Origin: Desulfocapsa sulfexigens DSM 10523
GTDB lineage: Bacteria; Desulfobacterota; Desulfobulbia; Desulfobulbales; Desulfocapsaceae
DNA: 32,000 bases
NCBI RefSeq assembly: GCF_000341395.1
Contig: NC_020304.1
Location: 1,860,001-1,892,000, forward strand
Direction: 5' to 3'
Shown here: positions 25,876 to 32,000 of the stretch, in pieces
How the letters are laid out: every line of letters begins with the position of its first letter
How positions within the stretch are numbered: position 1 is the first letter of the stretch
The notes under the pieces: model-generated
Seen by the model: only the letters and a program-made list of their open reading frames with translations
What the model was told of the DNA's origin: nothing
The model's database searches: none
Program-made: the position numbers and the translations under genes

Positions 25876-28800
25876 ATGAAACCAATAGCAAATAATATCG
25901 AATCGGATGCACTTAAAGCTAACCTCTTGGAGACAGCTGACGAGGTGGTGCTCGATCCGGAATTGCAGCTTCTACTCGATGTGGTCAGCCGTTATAAGGG
26001 GCTTCATCATACTCTTGAAAATCTTCTGTATGAAATCTGTCATTCCTACCGAAACTGGAACATATTAATACCGCAGCTACGGAGTTTTGTTCTGAAAAAC
26101 GGTAACTACTATGTGCGTCATGAAAAGGGTCCGGAGGCCTTTACACTGTTTGGTGGACTGTTTGTTGCCGCGATGAAGGACTCTGAGAAAAACAGTAAAC
26201 TCCTTTCACAGATCATCGAATCACAGGTCGCCTGGGTGGCTAAGATGGTGAGCCTTTTTTCGGTGGACGATCTCTATCGTTTTCAATCTGCCCTCAATCA
26301 TTATTTTGAACAGCTTCTGGAACTCGATGATGGGGAGAGTCCCATTATGATGCATATCGTTCAGGGGCAGCATCCCATGAAGAAGCTGGCTACCTCTTTG
26401 CTTGCTTTTAGTGATAAAGGGGCGGCTGAGTTTGATTACCATCCCATGGCGGAGCTTATGCGGGCGATCCTTGTCCGCAATTATGATTACTGGCTGCATG
26501 AGGAGGATCCGCTTCCGTGGTTTCTCAGTCATTGTGGAGATCTCTGTGAGGATTTTCATTCAGGAAAATTGTTTTCTGCCATCTCCCATAAGGCCATGGA
26601 GAAAAATAAAGTAGCTGTAACCAGCATCGATACTCATACTGTGCCTGTGGACGCATTACGAGCCATCCTGGACCTGCCGGCACACGTTGACATCGTTCGC
26701 CTCTATAAGGAAATTCCTGCAAGGCTTGCCCAGGCAGATGAAGAGGAACTTGGGAAGGTCAAAGAGCAGGGCCTGCCATTGAATCGATTTGCTGAAAATC
26801 AGAAACTGCTGTTTCTTTTTCGGATCATGGATACCAGGGGACTCTATCTGATCCATGAAGAGACTCTGCGTGAGATCAATCGATCGCTTGTTCAACTTAT
26901 CAGGCTCCAGAACTTTGAGGAGATTGAAGAGTTTCTTCTCACTGCCTTTCAACTGTTGAAGGCAAATGTCAGGAAATATCCCCATACGTCCCTCCAGTGC
27001 ATTCAGGTACTTGGCGGGGAGGTCTTTCAACGGAAAAACGGACGGATGGTTGAGGCCTTTCTCTGGCAGGCGGTTCGTTTTGGCTTCCAATATGCTAACG
27101 TCATGGGGGTGGACGAAGATTGGCAACCCATAACCAATCCGGCCCATCTGGCAAATATCAGGGTCTGGTTGAATCTGATTATGCAGGAACCCAAATGGTG
27201 CGGTACTCTCTTTTCTGCACTTATCATCAATATTAGACTCTCAGGAACCTGCGTTAAGGATACAGACCTTTTTCAGCGCGATATCACCAAGCTGCTCAAT
27301 CATCCCATTGAGCCGGTATATAATCTCACCAAACAATTTACCAAGCTTATGCCTGTTTTTTTTAATGAAATCGGTGCAGAGGGAAATCTGAGGGAGGTGT
27401 CCACCGAGCTTGACGAGATCCATAAGCGCAGGGATTTGCTGATTCATTTTCTTCGTAAGCAGAGTCATGTGGAGAGTTCAAATCTGATTGTTGATTTTAT
27501 TCAGGCAATTTTTGTGTTCTGGCTGACCAAAAAGAAAAAAGTTCTTCAGCCTTTTCTTCCAGAAGAGGTGTACTGTGAGATAGCACTGGAAGGAAAATTC
27601 ATTGATGATCTGCACACCCTGGCATTACGTATTCAAAAGGATCTTGCTTTTTCTGCAAGTGATGACCTTCTCTCCTGGAGACAGGAAGAACGACAGAACT
27701 ACCTGGCGTCACAAACGGACCTTCCTCCTGCCGAGCTGCGGCGCTTTGATTTACTTGTCCAGATGTACCAACTTCTCAATCAGAAATATAACCTTGGCCT
27801 TCAAGAACTCCGTTCTGAGCTTGAAAATGCGGCCCAAGAGGGTTTCCCGGAGACGGCTGAATTGCTCGCTACACTAGAGAATTGTGGAACGATTCAGTGT
27901 GTGGAAGCCTTGCTCGAGACTCTCGAGGGACTGAAAGAAACAATTCTTTCACCTGATACCTTTGAGGCAAGGGAGGATATCTATTACAAACGGCATATTG
28001 CCGTTGATATCCCATCGGTTTATGGCAGATATCGTGAAAAGAAGTTTGACAGTCTCTCCTTAAGTTTCCGTCTCGAAAATCTTACTAATATTTTCCTGGA
28101 ACGCTTGCCAGAAACGGTGAACCTGTCAATTATTACCCAAGCGACATTCTATAGTATTGTTAAGTGTTTGAAGCTCTATCTTCGGGCTCTTCGAGTGGAT
28201 GGTATCTCCTCAAGACGGCTGGAAACCTATATTTCACTTCTTGAAAGTTCGTTGAAGATAAGGCGTTTTTCCTATACCCAGTATCTTGATATTTTTCGTG
28301 GTCTTTCCGATGGGGTTAAGGATGTCATCTATTCCTATTACACGAATATTCATCAAAACAATCTTTCCATAGTTATCCCGCAAATCGGGGCCAATAATCT
28401 GCTCACAAAATACAGGTCCCTCTGGCATGATGATGATAAGACAAATTCAATTCATAGCCTTTCGGAGGCTTTTTTAAGGGATCTGATAGCGACAACCTTT
28501 GGTCTCCAGCATCTCGATAATTTTATAACCAGAATCATTGGGACTCTGGAGAGTCAGAGGGATATTCTTGATGAACGTCGTCTCGATCTACTCATGACCT
28601 ATAATCCGGAACGTGCGATATCCGAGCTTCACAAAAGGAATCCCTATACGCACGATCTGATTCATCTGGGGAATAAGGGATACAATCTCGTTGTACTGAA
28701 CGATGATAAAAAACCGGTTCCACCAGCGTTTATCATTACCACTGAGATTTTTCGCTGTCGGGAAGTTATTTATGGTTTTGAGAAGGCACGCGATGATTTT

Positions 28801-30147
28801 ATGCAGCGTGTCCGGGAGTCACTTACTGAGCTTGAAAGATTGACAGGACGTGTTTTCGCAGCACCCAGGGATCCACTTTTACTCTCGGTTCGCAGTGGCG
28901 CTGCTGTGTCAATGCCGGGCATGATGGCAACGGTTCATAATGTGGGGACCAATGAGGAGTTGATAGAAGAAGCGGCCAGGGAATATGGCGATTCCTATCT
29001 GGCCTGGGACAACTACCGGCGTTTTCTTCAATCCTGGGCCATGACCTCGGGTGTTCCGAGGGAAGAGTTTCAGAAACTTATGAACGATGCCAAGGAAAAG
29101 TATAATGTTAGTCTCAAGGGAGATTTCTCCCCACAGCAGATGAAGGAGTTGGCACTTGAATATCAGAGGGTGGTTCGCAGGAAAGGTTTGGGTATTCCGG
29201 ATGACCCATGGTTGCAGCTTGTAACGGCAATTGAGATGGTTTTCGATTCCTGGGAGACGGATAAAGCATCGGATTATCGAAAAATAATGGATGTTTCTGA
29301 CTCATGGGGAACTGCTGTGATTGTGCAGGCGATGGTGTATGGAAACAAGAGCCAGTCCTCGGGTTCCGGGGTCCTCTTTACTGCCCATCCCTATCGCAAG
29401 GTTCAGCGCGTGGCGCTCTGGGGTGATTATGCCTATGGAGATCAGGGTGAAGATATCGTCTCGGGATTGGTGACCAGTTATCCCATCTCAGTGGAGCAGG
29501 CTCAACTCGATGGCAGAGCTGTGGATAAGACGCTTGAAGTGCGATATCCTGATATTTATCAGGAACTACTGAGCATTTCACGAGAGCTGGTCTATGATAA
29601 ACGCTGGAATCCGCAGGAAATTGAGTTTACCTTTGAAGGGCCAGATGCCAGTCAGCTTTTTCTCCTGCAGACCCGCGACATGATAACCATTAAAAAGCAG
29701 GAGCGCTTCCAGGTTTTTGCAGACGCGGTGGCTGTGGAGAAGGCGTATCTTGGTAAAGGTATAGGGGTTTCCGGTTCTGCACTCTCGGGTCGGGCGGTGT
29801 TTACAGAAGAAAATATTCGGGAACTCAGGCAGAGCGACCCTGGTACACCACTTATTCTGATTCGATCTGATACGGTGCCGGAAGACATAAAGGTCATCGA
29901 CATGGCAGATGGATTACTTACATCCAGAGGGGGGCAGACCTCGCATGCATCGGTGGTGGCGGTTCGTCTTGAAAAAAACTGCATTGTTGGTTGTAAGCAT
30001 TTAAAAGTATATGAAGTAGGGAAATATTGTGAAATTGGAGATTTTGTGATTAAATTTGGTGATCCTGTTTCTATTGATGGTCGTAGCGGTCAGGTGCTGA
30101 GCGGAATACATGAAACCCGTGAGGAAATGCATATCCTGCCAATTTAA
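25876..30147 (+). CDS. Giant PPDK-derived dikinase-like protein: ~920-aa unknown N-terminal region + PPDK-type ATP-grasp + phosphohistidine swivel domain, no PEP/pyruvate TIM barrel
   Basis: aa ~925-1423 align block by block with Clostridium symbiosum PPDK residues ~1-510. Pairs (this protein vs PPDK): GNKGYNL vs [33 protein letters not shown] vs [55 protein letters not shown] vs [37 protein letters not shown] vs QGEDVVAG; LFLLQTR vs [21 protein letters not shown] vs TVRGGMTSHAAVVA. The catalytic His candidate is H1357 (codon 29944-29946). The ORF stops ~66 aa after that His. No family recognised for aa 1-920 (helix-rich, no TM). Confidence 0.85.
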   Translation: [1423 protein letters not shown]

Positions 30148-30181
30148 GCTTTTTAAATTTTTGTAAAATAGGGAGAATGGA

Positions 30182-30409
30182 ATGGCAAAAAAAGCAAAGA
30201 CAACAACACTGTTGAAGGGGCCAGCATTGTCCGCCTATGCCAGAAAGAAGGCCGCCGGACTTGGGCTTGATGGTAAAGGTTTGAAGCTTGCTGATCTTGT
30301 GTGGGCGATTCAGGAGAAGGAAGGTAACACAGCCTGTTTTAAAAAAGAAGAAACCTGTAACCAGACAGGATGCTGCTGGCAGCTTTCGTGTGGTGCAAAA
30401 ATGGGTTGA
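30182..30409 (+). CDS. Hypothetical 75-aa protein with Lys-rich N-terminus and Cys-rich C-terminus
   Basis: GGGAGA RBS. Lies 34 nt after the dikinase-like gene and upstream of the shared terminator. Sequence: MAKKAKTTTLLKGPALSAYARKKAAGLGLDGKGLKLADLVWAIQEKEGNTACFKKEETCNQTGCCWQLSCGAKMG. It has 5 Cys in the pattern C-x7-C-x4-CC-x4-C. Confidence 0.55.
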   Translation: MAKKAKTTTLLKGPALSAYARKKAAGLGLDGKGLKLADLVWAIQEKEGNTACFKKEETCNQTGCCWQLSCGAKMG

Positions 30410-30471
30410 TCAGAAGGCAGATTTTATTTTGTATTAAAAAAAACTGCATATTACTCCTCTTTCTATCTGAT

Positions 30472-30515
30472 CTGCTCCATGCTCTGTTTTATGGCAACAT
30501 GGAGCAGTTTTTTTT
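30472..30515 (+). terminator. Rho-independent terminator ending the dikinase / small-protein unit
   Basis: Perfect 10-bp stem CTGCTCCATG (30472-30481) / CATGGAGCAG (30498-30507) followed by T8 (30508-30515). Confidence 0.85.
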
Positions 30516-30521
30516 CGTTAT

Positions 30522-30743
30522 TTATTTATGGCGACATACAGGCACGCCAAGTGCCTTTAAAATCAGCCCTAATGGGCAGAATTTGGTGAATCCAAACTGA
30601 AATAAGTTTAGGCCCACAAAGGCAGTTCCAAACAGCCAGTATTTGTGCATGAACAATGGATTACTGCCACAGTCGACACCAAGTGCCATTGTCAGTAGAA
30701 TGAAAAATCCAGCTATGGTGTGAATCCAGTCAGTTACTATCAT
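30522..30743 (-). CDS. DUF2892 / YgaP-like small membrane protein
   Basis: 73 aa, two TM helices, and the family-typical C-terminal GFTKFCPLGLILKALG motif. Confidence 0.6.
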   Translation of the reverse strand: MIVTDWIHTIAGFFILLTMALGVDCGSNPLFMHKYWLFGTAFVGLNLFQFGFTKFCPLGLILKALGVPVCRHK

Positions 30744-30837
30744 AATGTTTGCCTCATAAAGAATTTATGCTGAGAATGGATATTATTTAAGGAAACCATA
30801 ATATAGCTTTGGATATTTGTCCAGCCCGGAAACTTAG

Positions 30838-31926
30838 TTATGAGAGTTTATGTCTCCTACGCTGACCTGTGCTGCTTTTTTTTATCCGGAAGAAATTGAA
30901 TGCTACGCAGAGCAGAATACCACCCCCCACTCCTAGAAAGAATTTTCCCCAGCCTGAGTCGTCCGTTGCGTCAGTTTTTTCCTGAAGCTGTTCTGTAGGT
31001 ACAGGGTCGGCCTTGCCGGTGGAGGGTGGCAAGGTATCTTGAACAACGGGTTCTGGAACAGTCGTTGTTGTTTCCGGTCTCGGTTCAATTTTTGCGAAGG
31101 CATTATTGAGGAGTGCTGTGGCTTGGGCATCTCTAACTTTTCGATCCTTGCTTCCCATAACAACGGCAATAAGACGAACTCCATTTCGTTTTGCCGTGGC
31201 AGCGATGGAGAAGCCAGCCTTGGTGAAGTACCCCGTTTTAAAGCCGTCACAACCGTCAAGCGTTTCGAGGAGATGGTTGTGGGTGCGCATGATAAATTCA
31301 CCGCCACGAAAGTCTCTCACTCTTGTTCCTGTATATTGAAAAACTTGTGACCGTTTACTTAATGCCTGGCAGAGGGTGGCAAAATCTCTTGCCGTTGTGA
31401 CATCAACCTCCTGGCCTTTTGCCGGTGGTAAACCGTGTACGGAGTGGAATGTGGTACTGTTCATACCCAACTCCCTGGCCTTCTCATTCATTAAAACAAT
31501 GAAGGCCTCTTTGGATCCAGCAACATGGCTGGCCAGGGCAACTGCTGCATCATTGGCCGATTGAATCATCAGAGCGTAGAGTAGTTCTTCCAGGGGAAAC
31601 TGCTCTTTGGAGTCAAGATATACCTGTGAACCACCCATTTTCGCTGCTTCCACTGTTACTGGAACTATCTCGTCCAGCTGCAGCGTTCCCGCTTCGATCT
31701 GATCAAGAATAACAAGAAGAACCATCAGTTTCAGGGTACTTGCAGGATATACTGCGACGTCTGCATTCCTGGAAAAAAGAACCTCACCATTATCTGCGTC
31801 AATTACAACGGCAGATGCATAGGGTTCGGCAGCCACAGTCTTAATCGCAGCACGTCCTGCCCATGATGTTTGACTGGTAAGAACAAAAATAAATGTACTG
31901 AGGATGATGTAGTTTTTTATTTGCAT
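30838..31926 (-). CDS. D-alanyl-D-alanine carboxypeptidase (S11, PBP5/6-like) with C-terminal membrane anchor
   Basis: SxxK (PASTLKLM), SxN (QSANDAA), KTG (FKTGYF). Signal peptide from M22 (MQIKNYIILSTFIFVLTSQTSWA), so start 31926 is preferred over the track start 31989. Pro/Thr-rich linker and a terminal hydrophobic helix. Confidence 0.85.
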   Translation of the reverse strand: MQIKNYIILSTFIFVLTSQTSWAGRAAIKTVAAEPYASAVVIDADNGEVLFSRNADVAVYPASTLKLMVLLVILDQIEAGTLQLDEIVPVTVEAAKMGGSQVYLDSKEQFPLEELLYALMIQSANDAAVALASHVAGSKEAFIVLMNEKARELGMNSTTFHSVHGLPPAKGQEVDVTTARDFATLCQALSKRSQVFQYTGTRVRDFRGGEFIMRTHNHLLETLDGCDGFKTGYFTKAGFSIAATAKRNGVRLIAVVMGSKDRKVRDAQATALLNNAFAKIEPRPETTTTVPEPVVQDTLPPSTGKADPVPTEQLQEKTDATDDSGWGKFFLGVGGGILLCVAFNFFRIKKSSTGQRRRHKLS

Positions 31927-32000
31927 GATTTTAATAGGTTGTTTTTGGATAATCTGATATCTGTACTGGGTTTGAAAAGTTTTAATCAATGCTTCATTGA

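Noticed and set aside
26221-27468. Several 65-163-aa antisense or alternate-frame ORFs inside the giant dikinase-like gene.
   Set aside because: All are embedded in a 4.3-kb uninterrupted frame whose C-terminal part has clear homology. None has a start context or motif support.
1-32000. Scan for CRISPR arrays, tRNA/rRNA genes, transposases, integrases, phage genes, and toxin-antitoxin or known defence-system genes.
   Set aside because: I saw no regularly spaced direct repeats, no tRNA-like T-loop/acceptor patterns in the intergenic regions I read, and no ORF with recombinase or defence hallmarks. An eye scan can miss short or degenerate elements.

Overview
This 32-kb chromosomal window holds about 31 protein-coding genes on both strands. 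I could not find any rRNA, tRNA or CRISPR array by eye. Most content is housekeeping, and the gene style suggests an anaerobic deltaproteobacterium (Desulfobulbales-like); that placement is inference only.

Gene order:
- bamD (partial, hand-translated, absent from the ORF track), trxB, trxA
- hemL
- a split F0 operon atpZ-atpI-atpB-atpE ending in a clean terminator
- a PNP/UDP-family phosphorylase gene tightly coupled to rimO
- ihfB
- an operon of lipoprotein, yjbQ, an 80-aa ORF, a long UbiD-family decarboxylase and rluB
- cbpA-cbpM, an MFS transporter, and a secreted 5'-nucleotidase
- an accessory-looking stretch: a 178-bp MITE-like element with perfect 11-bp terminal inverted repeats and an 8-bp direct duplication, a small 2-TM protein, an AT-rich exported protein with about 14 ankyrin repeats, a VIT1/CCC1 transporter, and a GNAT
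- aroK-aroC-glgA (the glgA is atypical), then gap

The most unusual locus is 25876-30515. It encodes a 1423-aa protein whose last ~500 aa are clearly the ATP-grasp plus phosphohistidine swivel half of pyruvate phosphate dikinase. The protein ends exactly where the PEP/pyruvate TIM barrel should begin. In its place it carries a ~920-aa N-terminal region I cannot assign to any family. A 75-aa Lys-rich/Cys-rich protein and a strong terminator follow. I consider this a candidate uncharacterised dikinase system.

All calls come from reading the sequence and translations. No database search was run.
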